This document shows positions 20,727 to 29,660 of a stretch of 64,000 nt of DNA, piece after piece. A model generated the notes under the pieces. The model had not been told where the DNA came from. It did no database searches and saw only the letters and a list, made by a program, of their open reading frames with translations. A program made the position numbers and the translations under genes. The DNA is from Escherichia phage A7_1. How positions within the stretch are numbered: position 1 is the first letter of the stretch; the number at the start of each line of letters is the position of its first letter. The stretch is taken from the sequence record OP795442. The stretch is one strand, 5' to 3'.

Positions 20727-21602
20727 ATGGCTACTGATTTAAAACCTAGCACTTACAAAATGGGTACGTATTCACCTGAGCAGATTGCTGCTATCGACAA
20801 GGCGTATCAGCAAGGTCAAGCTGAAGAGGCCCGTCAAAAACAGACGGCTCAGAATACCAAGTTGCGTGAAGATGTTCAATACACACTCTTCGCTTCTGGT
20901 ATAAATACAGGTAGAGCACCACTTCTTTACGACAAGAACCAAACAGACGATATTGCTATCCTGTTTGACGTTGTTACTACCCACACCTACACAAAGGATT
21001 ATAACAAAACCAGTTATGCTGTAGAATCAAAAGCTAAAGCATCTGATCATGTTGTAACTCAAGATGGTAAATTTAGTTTTTCGGCAGTCATCACTGACTC
21101 TCCTTTAATTATAAACGAGAGAAACTATATTGATTTCGATACAGACAAAAATAACCCGTTACAATCCAAGCGTCCAGCAAAAGCTGTAGAGATCCTTAAG
21201 CAAATTGGTGATGGTCATCAACTTGTTACCTTGGTAACAGAAGATGATATCCTGACGAACTATGTGATCACAAACTTCTCTGTTACTCGTGACAATGGTC
21301 AGGGAGGTAGCATTGCTGTTAGTTTGACCCTTGAAGAGTTCCGTTTCCGTGATATTTCTAAAACAGTTTTAGCAAGAACTACTGCTGATCCTAAGAAAGC
21401 TAAGAATGTAAACTCTGGCACTAAACAGACCGCAGAGAATGGTTCTGTTAGCGACAACGCTCAAGGTAAGCGTAAAACACCGTATCTCGGAAAGAATGCT
21501 GCTGCAAAAGAGCGAATCGAAAACGCACTTACAGGAACGACAGATTTCTCTGGAGAGGCAGGTAAGAAATATGAATTTGATCCAGCATCTTTGAAGAGGT
21601 AA
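20727..21602 (+). CDS. tail / baseplate protein (hypothetical)
   Basis: 291 aa, AAAGGAGG RBS, first gene after the tape measure terminator. Confidence 0.6.
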   Translation: MATDLKPSTYKMGTYSPEQIAAIDKAYQQGQAEEARQKQTAQNTKLREDVQYTLFASGINTGRAPLLYDKNQTDDIAILFDVVTTHTYTKDYNKTSYAVESKAKASDHVVTQDGKFSFSAVITDSPLIINERNYIDFDTDKNNPLQSKRPAKAVEILKQIGDGHQLVTLVTEDDILTNYVITNFSVTRDNGQGGSIAVSLTLEEFRFRDISKTVLARTTADPKKAKNVNSGTKQTAENGSVSDNAQGKRKTPYLGKNAAAKERIENALTGTTDFSGEAGKKYEFDPASLKR

Positions 21603-21604
21603 TA

Positions 21605-21973
21605 ATGATTGATCTTAACAAGAAATATGTGAGAACATTCGATTTTGAATTGACTGGATACCCTGACGAAACATTCCGTGTGGTCCTCGACTCCGTAACT
21701 TACGAGGTTCGTTTTACATGGAATGAAAGGGATGAGTCTTGGTTATTCTCTTTAGGTGATATCGGTGTTTCTCCTACGATAACTACCAAATTGACTTGCT
21801 ATAGTGATATTATCGGACCTTATCGTTATTTGGATAATGTTCCCGATGGTAACCTGTATTTATTCCCATTGCGAGATATTGCTACTCGTGTGGGTCGTTA
21901 TAATGTTGGACCTCTTTCTGGTGTCCAGATGATTTATGCATCCAGAGAGGAAGATGTGGAGGCGATCAATTAA
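21605..21973 (+). CDS. tail / baseplate protein (hypothetical)
   Basis: 122 aa; start 3 nt after the upstream stop. Confidence 0.55.
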   Translation: MIDLNKKYVRTFDFELTGYPDETFRVVLDSVTYEVRFTWNERDESWLFSLGDIGVSPTITTKLTCYSDIIGPYRYLDNVPDGNLYLFPLRDIATRVGRYNVGPLSGVQMIYASREEDVEAIN

Positions 21974-22929
21974 TGAAGGCATTGGAAAGGACATATACTT
22001 TAGTTATCGGAAGACCTGTTTATATTGGTGAAAAGCCTGTCAACATTGAGCGCTACGCCAGTAACAGTAACCAAGGTGAAGCATATGAGATCAAGGATCT
22101 TCATATTACCTTTCAGTTAAAGAAAGACAACTCAAAGGAACCTAACAAGGGATACGTAAGTGTATTTAACCTTTCCGATGACGTTGTTAACTACCTCAGT
22201 ATAAACCAAAGGGAATCTCTCGCTGTCCTTTTAAAAGCGGGATACAATGGTGACGAAAAACTTATCTTTTCTGGAACAATCGAGTTTGTAGAGGATACTT
22301 TCTCAGAGGAAACACGAGAGACTAAGTTTATTTTTGGTGATGGAACGCTAAACTTGACTACCGCCACAACCTCACGATCTTACAGAAAGGGAACGCCTGT
22401 GAATCAGGTTCTTAATGACCTTATCTCTGATCTTAAGCTACCCAAAGGGCGTGTTGTTCCTTTTAGTGCTGACACATTGCAGAGTTCTATGGCATTTACT
22501 GGGAATGCGGCACAGAACTTAGAAAACCTTGCAAAAAATACCGGATCTACCTTTTCCATACAGGATGGTGCTGTTTATTGGACAAAAGAAGGTTCTCGGT
22601 TTGCAAATGTTATGTTTGAGATCTCCGAAGAAGGCGGGATGGTTGGCACACCAACATTAAAGCAACCAAACATCTCGAAGAAGAAAAAGAAGAAAGATAC
22701 AAAAGAGACTTCAAATAAGAAGGAGAAGAATGTAAAAGAGGACGTTGGTTTAACAGTAACTACACTCCTTAATGGTGCGATCCTTCCTGAGTCTACAGTA
22801 TACCTAAACACTCGCTACATTAAAGGTTTTTACAAAGTCATTGAGTTGACACACAGGGGCGGTTACGAAACAGGCGACTGGGTAACCGAATTAGGTCTTG
22901 CAGAAACACGAGGGGAGTTGATAAGATAA
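21973..22929 (+). CDS. tail / baseplate protein (hypothetical)
   Basis: 318 aa with internal poly-Lys tract (KKKKKKDTKETSNKKEK); start overlaps upstream stop. Confidence 0.55.
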   Translation: MKALERTYTLVIGRPVYIGEKPVNIERYASNSNQGEAYEIKDLHITFQLKKDNSKEPNKGYVSVFNLSDDVVNYLSINQRESLAVLLKAGYNGDEKLIFSGTIEFVEDTFSEETRETKFIFGDGTLNLTTATTSRSYRKGTPVNQVLNDLISDLKLPKGRVVPFSADTLQSSMAFTGNAAQNLENLAKNTGSTFSIQDGAVYWTKEGSRFANVMFEISEEGGMVGTPTLKQPNISKKKKKKDTKETSNKKEKNVKEDVGLTVTTLLNGAILPESTVYLNTRYIKGFYKVIELTHRGGYETGDWVTELGLAETRGELIR

Positions 22930-22932
22930 CTT

Positions 22933-23625
22933 ATGGCTTACGTAGATCGTTATGATGCAGCACTATCTGTCTTTGTCGGAAGATATCTGCGAAACAACGT
23001 GCATACTAACATCCGAGGAACAGTGGTTGGCGTTAATTACGCCATTCCATCTGTTGATGTTAAACCTATGGCACAAACTGAATTTGAGAACGGAACAGTA
23101 GAAGCTTATCCGGTTATTTACGATGTTCCGATTAACTTCCCTTCCGGTGCAGGTGGAAAGGCAAGATTATCTATGCCTATAAAAGTCGGAGATCTAGTAG
23201 GTGTTGCTTTTTCAGAAAGAAATGAAAGCGACTTCAAGGATGTGAATACCCATCAATTGTTCCCTGGTTGGGCTGTGACACAGATATTTACCGAAGGTAA
23301 TGGAAAGGCTGCTCATCCAGATAACGTTGTTCTTGAGAACGACAAAGGAGTTATGACATTGATGCCTGATGGTACGATGACGTTTCAGAATCCCGCTGCA
23401 AATCTAAAGATTGAGCAAAGTGGCAAGATGACATTTTCGAATGGCCCTGCCAACATAGAAGTAATGGAATCTGGAATGGTAAGGGTGAATGGTTGCACCA
23501 TAACAACCTCCGGTAACGTGATCACAGCTTCCGGTGTTGATCTGGAAGATTTTTATGCCGACTACCTCAACCATAGACATAGTGGCGTTGAAAGAGGTGG
23601 TGATATAAGCGGGGTTAAAGTATAA
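22933..23625 (+). CDS. putative baseplate spike / hub protein (gpV-like position)
   Basis: 230 aa ORF upstream of the gp25/W-like and J-like genes. Confidence 0.45.
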   Translation: MAYVDRYDAALSVFVGRYLRNNVHTNIRGTVVGVNYAIPSVDVKPMAQTEFENGTVEAYPVIYDVPINFPSGAGGKARLSMPIKVGDLVGVAFSERNESDFKDVNTHQLFPGWAVTQIFTEGNGKAAHPDNVVLENDKGVMTLMPDGTMTFQNPAANLKIEQSGKMTFSNGPANIEVMESGMVRVNGCTITTSGNVITASGVDLEDFYADYLNHRHSGVERGGDISGVKV

Positions 23626-24149
23626 TGGCTACAGTATTTAAAGACTTCCTTCTAGATCCCTTAACAGGGGATCTTGATTTCTCGACTAGAACTTTGCAGG
23701 TTGTCACCTCTAACCAGATGAGTTTACGTCAGAGGCTTTATCTTCGCTTCGGGATCTGGCAGGGTACTTGGTATTTCGACGAAACAATAGGATTCCCCTA
23801 TGGGATGTTTATTGCTAAGAAACTATCAAAAACTGTTCTTGATAACAGGATAAAGCAAGAAGTTCGTCAAGAACCTGATGTTATTGCGATAAAAGATTTC
23901 AATTCTTCTGTGGAGATTTACAGCCGTAGTTATAAATGCTTCTTTACGGTTGTAACGTCAGAGGGTGAAGAGATTAACTTCGCATTCTTAGGTGATGATA
24001 CTTATGAGTATCCAACACCGCCGGAAGGTAACGTTGAACTGTGTGGTGACGAAGGTTCTTTAATTGAGTTCAAGAACAAACTTTACTACCTGATTAACTT
24101 TAGATTACCGAAATATGGTGACTCTACTTGGGTCAACACCTGGAAATAA
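23625..24149 (+). CDS. putative baseplate wedge protein (gp25/W-like)
   Basis: 174 aa; N-terminal segment (LRQRLYLRFG...W) resembles the gp25/GPW family; start overlaps upstream stop; terminator follows. Confidence 0.45.
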   Translation: MATVFKDFLLDPLTGDLDFSTRTLQVVTSNQMSLRQRLYLRFGIWQGTWYFDETIGFPYGMFIAKKLSKTVLDNRIKQEVRQEPDVIAIKDFNSSVEIYSRSYKCFFTVVTSEGEEINFAFLGDDTYEYPTPPEGNVELCGDEGSLIEFKNKLYYLINFRLPKYGDSTWVNTWK

Positions 24150-24155
24150 CCTCAA

Positions 24156-24183
24156 GGGAGCCTCGTGCTCCCTTTTCTTTTAA
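24156..24183 (+). terminator. rho-independent terminator
   Basis: GGGAGC-CTCGT-GCTCCC followed by TTTTCTTTT. Confidence 0.7.
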
Positions 24184-24240
24184 TTCTCTGGATATTATGA
24201 TAAAATACGCTTATCGTCTAATTTTGGAGCAGGAGGAACA

Positions 24241-25725
24241 ATGGCGTCCAATTACGGTCTAACGGGTAGTGGATTTAACCTCCCGCCGATGGAAGACTTG
24301 ATTCAGGAAACGAAGAAAACTTTCAAGAATGAATTTGGTGAAGATTTCAATACCGAAAGTAACTCAGTTGCTGACAAACTCATTTCTATCTTTAACGAAC
24401 GTGAATATCAACTCTGGTTGTTGATGGGTTCTGTTTATTACGCACAGACAATGCAAGGTGCAGAAGGTATTTACCTTGACGACCTTTTATCTAAGCGTGG
24501 TATTTATCGTAACGGGAAGACTCGAAGCACAGGTCAGGTTCAGTTGACCATTGATTCCACTATCCCTTACAACATGATTTACTCTGCCTCTGCATACACC
24601 ATCGACAACGATTATCGTCTCTCTAACGATGTTCAGGTTGCAGGAAACATTTTTGCTCAGGTCATCCGTGGTTCGGATCTTTCTGTCGGGAGTTACAGAT
24701 TACAGATCCAGAACATCAATGATCAATCGATCAAGACCATGACATATCAATTGACAGCCACCACTGGTGCGCCTGTTATCGCATTCTTCTCTGCAATTAA
24801 AGATTTCATTGTGGAGAACACTATCCTGTCCAACCGTGATAAAATCATTATTGATTCCGTAGCCAACTCTATCCACATTGGGTATGATAGTAACAAGAAC
24901 CTTATCGGCTTGTCAAGCAGAATCGATTTCCGTACTCAACCATTGGCAGGTACTAGAACTATCACAATGGATGTTAGAGCTACGGAGCCTGGTTTAACAT
25001 CTCGTGATGCTTTCAGTGTTCGTGGAATAAGTCCGGTTCCGGCGGGTTTCCTTGACTTGACGAACCTGATTGCATTCACTCCAGGGTCAGACGTAGAATC
25101 AGATAATGAATACCGTCTCCGTGCAATTGATGCAGTTAACACAGGAAAGGCCACTCGTGCAGCGATCCTTTCTGCACTGTTGAACAAAGTTGAGGGTATA
25201 GAAAAGGTAAGGATCTTTGCAAACAATACCGACAAGACTAACTCTGTTGGTGTACCTCCTTACTCCTTCATGCCTGTTGTTTACGGTGGTAACACTGCTG
25301 AAATCAGTCAGGTACTTTACGACACTATCGCTGGTTCCAACAATACGTCAGGGAGTACTTTCTACAACATCACCACTGAAGATGACCAAGTAGAAACAAT
25401 CTGGCACACGAAGGCCCAAGCTCGTAACCTGAGTATGAGAATCAGCTATCGTGGAAGACCTCTTTCTGTTGTCGAAGAAACAACTATCTCAAATAGCTTG
25501 ATTACTGCGATAAATGGGACTATTATAGCCGGAACTCTGTACAACGTTCAGTTGGTAGGTACAGTTATCAGTTCAACGGCATCATCTCGTTTCACTCAAG
25601 TTTTTGTTGAGATTAAGAACGTAGAAGAACCTGAGTCTTCCTATGTTGGAACAGATGTATCTGCCGATGTTACTGAAGTATTCGCCCTGTCCGCAGAGAA
25701 TATTGAATTCCGTCAGATAGTTTAA
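24241..25725 (+). CDS. putative baseplate J-like protein
   Basis: 494 aa ORF (GGAGCAGGAGG RBS) in the baseplate cluster, followed by a 213 aa ORF and tail fiber genes (P2/Mu-like J-I-H-G order). Confidence 0.5.
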   Translation: MASNYGLTGSGFNLPPMEDLIQETKKTFKNEFGEDFNTESNSVADKLISIFNEREYQLWLLMGSVYYAQTMQGAEGIYLDDLLSKRGIYRNGKTRSTGQVQLTIDSTIPYNMIYSASAYTIDNDYRLSNDVQVAGNIFAQVIRGSDLSVGSYRLQIQNINDQSIKTMTYQLTATTGAPVIAFFSAIKDFIVENTILSNRDKIIIDSVANSIHIGYDSNKNLIGLSSRIDFRTQPLAGTRTITMDVRATEPGLTSRDAFSVRGISPVPAGFLDLTNLIAFTPGSDVESDNEYRLRAIDAVNTGKATRAAILSALLNKVEGIEKVRIFANNTDKTNSVGVPPYSFMPVVYGGNTAEISQVLYDTIAGSNNTSGSTFYNITTEDDQVETIWHTKAQARNLSMRISYRGRPLSVVEETTISNSLITAINGTIIAGTLYNVQLVGTVISSTASSRFTQVFVEIKNVEEPESSYVGTDVSADVTEVFALSAENIEFRQIV

Positions 25726-25734
25726 GGAGAAAGA

Positions 25735-26376
25735 ATGGCAGAGGTTACAGAAAAGAAGGATGTTAACCACATACATCCTCTGCCTGATTTCGTCAAAGGG
25801 GGTATTGATTATTTACCCCCTGAGATCTTTGAGAATAAAGATAATATCCAAAAGGTCCTTGAGATCTTCTTGAAACGTCTTGAACTCATAGATCAGAAAG
25901 CTGTTGAACTGGCAGAGATGAGAACGATCATCAATGCAGAGGGCGACACTCTCGACGAAATAGGCAGACAAAACGGTATCTTCCGTAACGGATTGAATGA
26001 TCCTGAGTACAGGGCTGTTATTATAATCCTTACAGGTATTGGATCTAAAAGTGGAACAAGATCTGAAATTATATCCACATTGAAGCAATTATTCGGTGAA
26101 GAGGGTGTGACTACCTATAAGGGTAGAAACTACCGTATGGATATTAACATCTTCAATACCTGTGTGGAAGTTGAGCTTATTCTTGACCAAATACTTGATA
26201 TGCTCCCTCTGGTGACTCACTTGCGAGTTGTGGAGAATCAGGGATACCCGTTTGGATTTGAGGGTGACGAACAAGCATTTGGGTGGGCATCCGTCTACGA
26301 CACTGATCGTACTGGCGCGGGTGGACTTGCAACTTTAGTTTATGTATCTGACGACGAAGACCCTTGGGGCTTTTAA
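25735..26376 (+). CDS. putative baseplate / tail fiber attachment protein
   Basis: 213 aa ORF between the J-like gene and the tail fiber gene. Confidence 0.45.
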   Translation: MAEVTEKKDVNHIHPLPDFVKGGIDYLPPEIFENKDNIQKVLEIFLKRLELIDQKAVELAEMRTIINAEGDTLDEIGRQNGIFRNGLNDPEYRAVIIILTGIGSKSGTRSEIISTLKQLFGEEGVTTYKGRNYRMDINIFNTCVEVELILDQILDMLPLVTHLRVVENQGYPFGFEGDEQAFGWASVYDTDRTGAGGLATLVYVSDDEDPWGF

Positions 26377-26388
26377 TGGGAGAATTTA

Positions 26389-28023
26389 ATGGCTAGACCA
26401 ACAACACCGATTGTTGTCTTTGCGGCACAAGATGTTAACCTTCCTGGTACTGGAAGACCTAACAAATCAAAACCGATTGATGACCTTTTAGCAAAGGGCT
26501 ATGACAAAGGGCAAAAACCAGCGGCAGAAGAATTCAACTATATTCTTCACCAGTCTGGTGCTTGGCTTAATTGGATCGTAGAAGAGAAGTTTCCAGAGGT
26601 TGAAGAAGAATACAAGCGACTGATTCAGGAACTCGAAACACGAGTAAACAATCAACTGGAAGTTATTCGTGAAGATGTTGCGAACGTAAGACAATCTGTT
26701 GCAACCTTAAGAACTTATGTAGAGCAGACTGTTGCAGATCTTCGTCGTGAGATCACTGCGGTTGATCAGCGTGTTACTCGTTTGTCTCAAGACTTGGATA
26801 ATGCTGTTTCCAGATTGAACGCACGTATTGATGAACTTGAACCCCGTTTAGTCCCTATTGGTGCAATATTGACTTGGGCTGGTCAGGTCCCTCCTGCGGG
26901 ATTCTTAGAGTGTAATGGTCAGGTATTTAGTACATCACAGAACCCGAAACTATATGAGGTTCTGGGAAGAAACGTGGTGCCTGATTATCGTGGACTCTTC
27001 CTTCGTGGGTGGGCACATGGTTCTGGTGCTTATGATCCAGATTCTGGTCGTGGGTTAGGTTCTATACAAGGGGATGCAATTAGAAACATTACCGGAAACA
27101 TGGGTTGGGAAAGTATCCGTACTGACCACGGATATCGCCAATCTGGTGCGCTTTATACTCAAGTTAACTCTTATGCTGGACCAGACCATGACGGTGGAAA
27201 CCCTGCTGGCGACATTAAGTTCGATGCAAGCCGAGTAGTTCCTACCGCACCGGAAAACAGACCTAAGAACGTCGCGGTAATGTATATTATCAAGACTGAC
27301 CAAGCTCAAGGGACAGGGAGTTTATCTCCTACTGCGCTTGTTACGACACCAGATAGCATTACTAACCGTGTTGGATTTACTCGTGGAATTTCTGCACAGG
27401 TACTTCCTGCCAACTTAGCAAGTCAATACCCTGTAACTTGGACCTCTCAAAATGGTAACGTTGCAACGGTAGATAGTGCGGGTAACGTAAGACTGACTGG
27501 CCCAGGTGAGACAAACATTATAGCTTCTATCGCTACTGGAATCTCGGCTCAAATTAAGATAGTTTCGTACACAGCCCTGAGTGCCGTTTCTATTGGGACA
27601 ATACCGAGTATACAGGTGAACAGATCTGAACTGATCCCTGTGAATAAAACACCTGCGAACTCTAACGAACCACTTGAATATTCTAGTAGTAATTCTAACG
27701 TAGCTGTCGTGACTCAAAGCGGGTATGTTTCTGGTGTTGCTCCAGGTACTGCTGTTATTACTGTTCGTGGATCTATTACAGGTATCCAAGCAACGAGACA
27801 AGTTACAGTTATTCCAGCCGTAATTGTTCAAACTATCGAAGATGTTCGTTTAGGTATTGAGCAACAAACCACTATGAATGGTGATAACTATACCACCCCT
27901 GTTCGTGCTCCGGCAGGATGTGTTATTACTGGTGTTGTTTCAGCGGGACTTGGATTAAACCAAGGTTATTACAAGCCAATCCAGAAGCGTATGTCTGGCG
28001 TATGGGTAACGGTAGAGGGCTAA
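26389..28023 (+). CDS. tail fiber protein (tail-collar domain plus Ig-like repeats)
   Basis: 544 aa; N-terminal coiled coil; motif AILTWAGQVPPAGFLECNGQ...YRGLFLRGW typical of phage tail-collar fiber domains; C-terminal Ig-like beta repeats. Confidence 0.7.
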   Translation: MARPTTPIVVFAAQDVNLPGTGRPNKSKPIDDLLAKGYDKGQKPAAEEFNYILHQSGAWLNWIVEEKFPEVEEEYKRLIQELETRVNNQLEVIREDVANVRQSVATLRTYVEQTVADLRREITAVDQRVTRLSQDLDNAVSRLNARIDELEPRLVPIGAILTWAGQVPPAGFLECNGQVFSTSQNPKLYEVLGRNVVPDYRGLFLRGWAHGSGAYDPDSGRGLGSIQGDAIRNITGNMGWESIRTDHGYRQSGALYTQVNSYAGPDHDGGNPAGDIKFDASRVVPTAPENRPKNVAVMYIIKTDQAQGTGSLSPTALVTTPDSITNRVGFTRGISAQVLPANLASQYPVTWTSQNGNVATVDSAGNVRLTGPGETNIIASIATGISAQIKIVSYTALSAVSIGTIPSIQVNRSELIPVNKTPANSNEPLEYSSSNSNVAVVTQSGYVSGVAPGTAVITVRGSITGIQATRQVTVIPAVIVQTIEDVRLGIEQQTTMNGDNYTTPVRAPAGCVITGVVSAGLGLNQGYYKPIQKRMSGVWVTVEG

Positions 28024-28025
28024 TT

Positions 28026-28538
28026 ATGAGAATGAATAACTTCAAGCTTTATACACCGGAAGTTAAAGCTTTTGGAGAGGGTGTTCAGTATTTTCAGGAC
28101 GATAAAGGTCGTGATTTCTACGACTCTCGTGAACTGTTCAAAAAGAAATATGTTGTTTTCTTTGATGAACATAGCATTGTCCGTGGCTGGGCAAAGAGTG
28201 AAGAGGTTACCCGTCTTCACCCAGGTGGTTTGTCTGTTGTGGACCTTAATACACTCCCCAAAGATTTTTCTTTGCAAGGTGGTGTTTGGTCATTCAACGG
28301 TAAACAGGTAGTTAAGGCAGATTATGACCCTGCTTTTAGCACCGCTGCAAGAAAGGCTGGCATTCTGCAAGTGATCGGTTCTGTTATCGTCCCGCTTCAG
28401 GATGCTGTTGAATTGGGAGATGCTACAGACGATGAGCTTGAGAGATATAACGATCTTCGCAAGATGAGAGTTAAAGTCATGCGTATCCCTGATAGCACCT
28501 CCCCTGGTGATATCGACTGGTCAGAGTTCACCTTTTAA
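28026..28538 (+). CDS. tail fiber assembly chaperone
   Basis: ATG at 28026 right after the fiber stop; 170 aa starting MRMNNFKLYTPEV, resembling Tfa-type chaperones. The longer track ORF from 27918 is an overlapping extension. Confidence 0.6.
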   Translation: MRMNNFKLYTPEVKAFGEGVQYFQDDKGRDFYDSRELFKKKYVVFFDEHSIVRGWAKSEEVTRLHPGGLSVVDLNTLPKDFSLQGGVWSFNGKQVVKADYDPAFSTAARKAGILQVIGSVIVPLQDAVELGDATDDELERYNDLRKMRVKVMRIPDSTSPGDIDWSEFTF

Positions 28539-28577
28539 CCTTAGATAAGTCGGGCTTCGGCCCGACTATGGAGACTT

Positions 28578-28910
28578 ATGATTGTTGATATAATGGCAGT
28601 TCTGAAAGCACTTTGGGGTCTTTTAACATTCATTTTGCTGGGTGCACTAAAGATCTTTTACACCGACTTTAAAAAATTAGAGTCACGTCAAAGTGAGCTT
28701 GAAAAAGATGTTCTTCGTTTGAAGGAATCTGCGGTTACTAAGGATAGTATCGATGCCATTCTTGACCGTAAGATAAAGCATATCACTGATACGATTCAAG
28801 ATATCAGGACCGATATCACAGATATGCGAAAGGAAGCGAAAGAAGAAAACCACGCTCTACAGAAAGATATTCGAGAGTTACTAAACAAAATTATTGAGAA
28901 CCGCAAATGA
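28578..28910 (+). CDS. membrane-anchored coiled-coil protein
   Basis: 110 aa; N-terminal hydrophobic helix then charged coiled coil; ATGA overlap with the next gene. Confidence 0.5.
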   Translation: MIVDIMAVLKALWGLLTFILLGALKIFYTDFKKLESRQSELEKDVLRLKESAVTKDSIDAILDRKIKHITDTIQDIRTDITDMRKEAKEENHALQKDIRELLNKIIENRK

Positions 28911-29365
28911 TTACAGCCATAATATATGGCATTTGTTTCGTAATCCTTGCTACTCGAAAAGAGAGTGGAACAAAGATAATGGCTGGGCTTTGCCTAGCCT
29001 ATCTCGTATTGGAGAACCTGATCCTTTGGTTCTTCTCTACGCAACAATATTTCGACATCACTCTTTATTTTAATGTTCTCTGGACATTGGATTCGATACT
29101 GCTTTTCACTATGGGTTGTACAGTGAAAGGATTACGACAAAAACTTATCGTATGCCTAAGTATTCCGTTCATGCTTATTCAAGTGTTTGCAATCCAATAT
29201 CCAGAATTGTTCCCCTTATGGGTTTACGAATTCGCTCTTAGAGACGCTCACAAATATTTCATAGAAACCTTTGTGTTCGTTTATTCTTGGAAGGATAATA
29301 CCGTACCGGAATGGATAAGAACAGCAGTAGTGATATTTCTAGTGCTCATTGCCCACATGGTATGA
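28907..29365 (+). CDS. polytopic membrane protein
   Basis: 152 aa with at least 4 hydrophobic segments. Confidence 0.5.
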   Translation: MITAIIYGICFVILATRKESGTKIMAGLCLAYLVLENLILWFFSTQQYFDITLYFNVLWTLDSILLFTMGCTVKGLRQKLIVCLSIPFMLIQVFAIQYPELFPLWVYEFALRDAHKYFIETFVFVYSWKDNTVPEWIRTAVVIFLVLIAHMV

Positions 29366-29387
29366 ACATTGATAATGAAGGTGATCT

Positions 29388-29648
29388 ATGTTAAAATTTC
29401 TCAAAGACCTAGTGACCTCTGCGGTGGAACCAGATAAAGCTTCTCATACGAAGTTTTGGTCTAACGTAGGTATGGCTGCTATGACTGCCGTCTTTCTCTG
29501 GTATGGATTCAACAATACATTGCCTGAATGGTACGTATGGCTTTATGCCCCTACGGTAGTGGCCCCACACCTGTTGAGTGACCTCATCAACCTCCGTTGG
29601 GGATTATCTTTGAAAAAAGATAAAGACCCTTCCGACGAAAACAAGTAA
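29388..29648 (+). CDS. small membrane protein (two hydrophobic segments)
   Basis: 86 aa; hydrophobic segments MAAMTAVFLWYGF and WYVWLYAPTVVAPHLL; charged C-terminus. Confidence 0.5.
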   Translation: MLKFLKDLVTSAVEPDKASHTKFWSNVGMAAMTAVFLWYGFNNTLPEWYVWLYAPTVVAPHLLSDLINLRWGLSLKKDKDPSDENK

Positions 29649-29660
29649 GAGGAGAAAACT

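Noticed and set aside
27918-28538. Long form of the fiber chaperone ORF starting at 27918
   Set aside because: The first 36 codons overlap the 3' end of the tail fiber gene in another frame; an ATG at 28026 sits right after the fiber stop, so the short form is the more plausible gene.
28550-28568. Hairpin GTCGGGC-TTCG-GCCCGAC as a terminator
   Set aside because: No U-tract follows (next bases are TATGGAG leading into an RBS); more likely an RNA stability or processing element than an intrinsic terminator.
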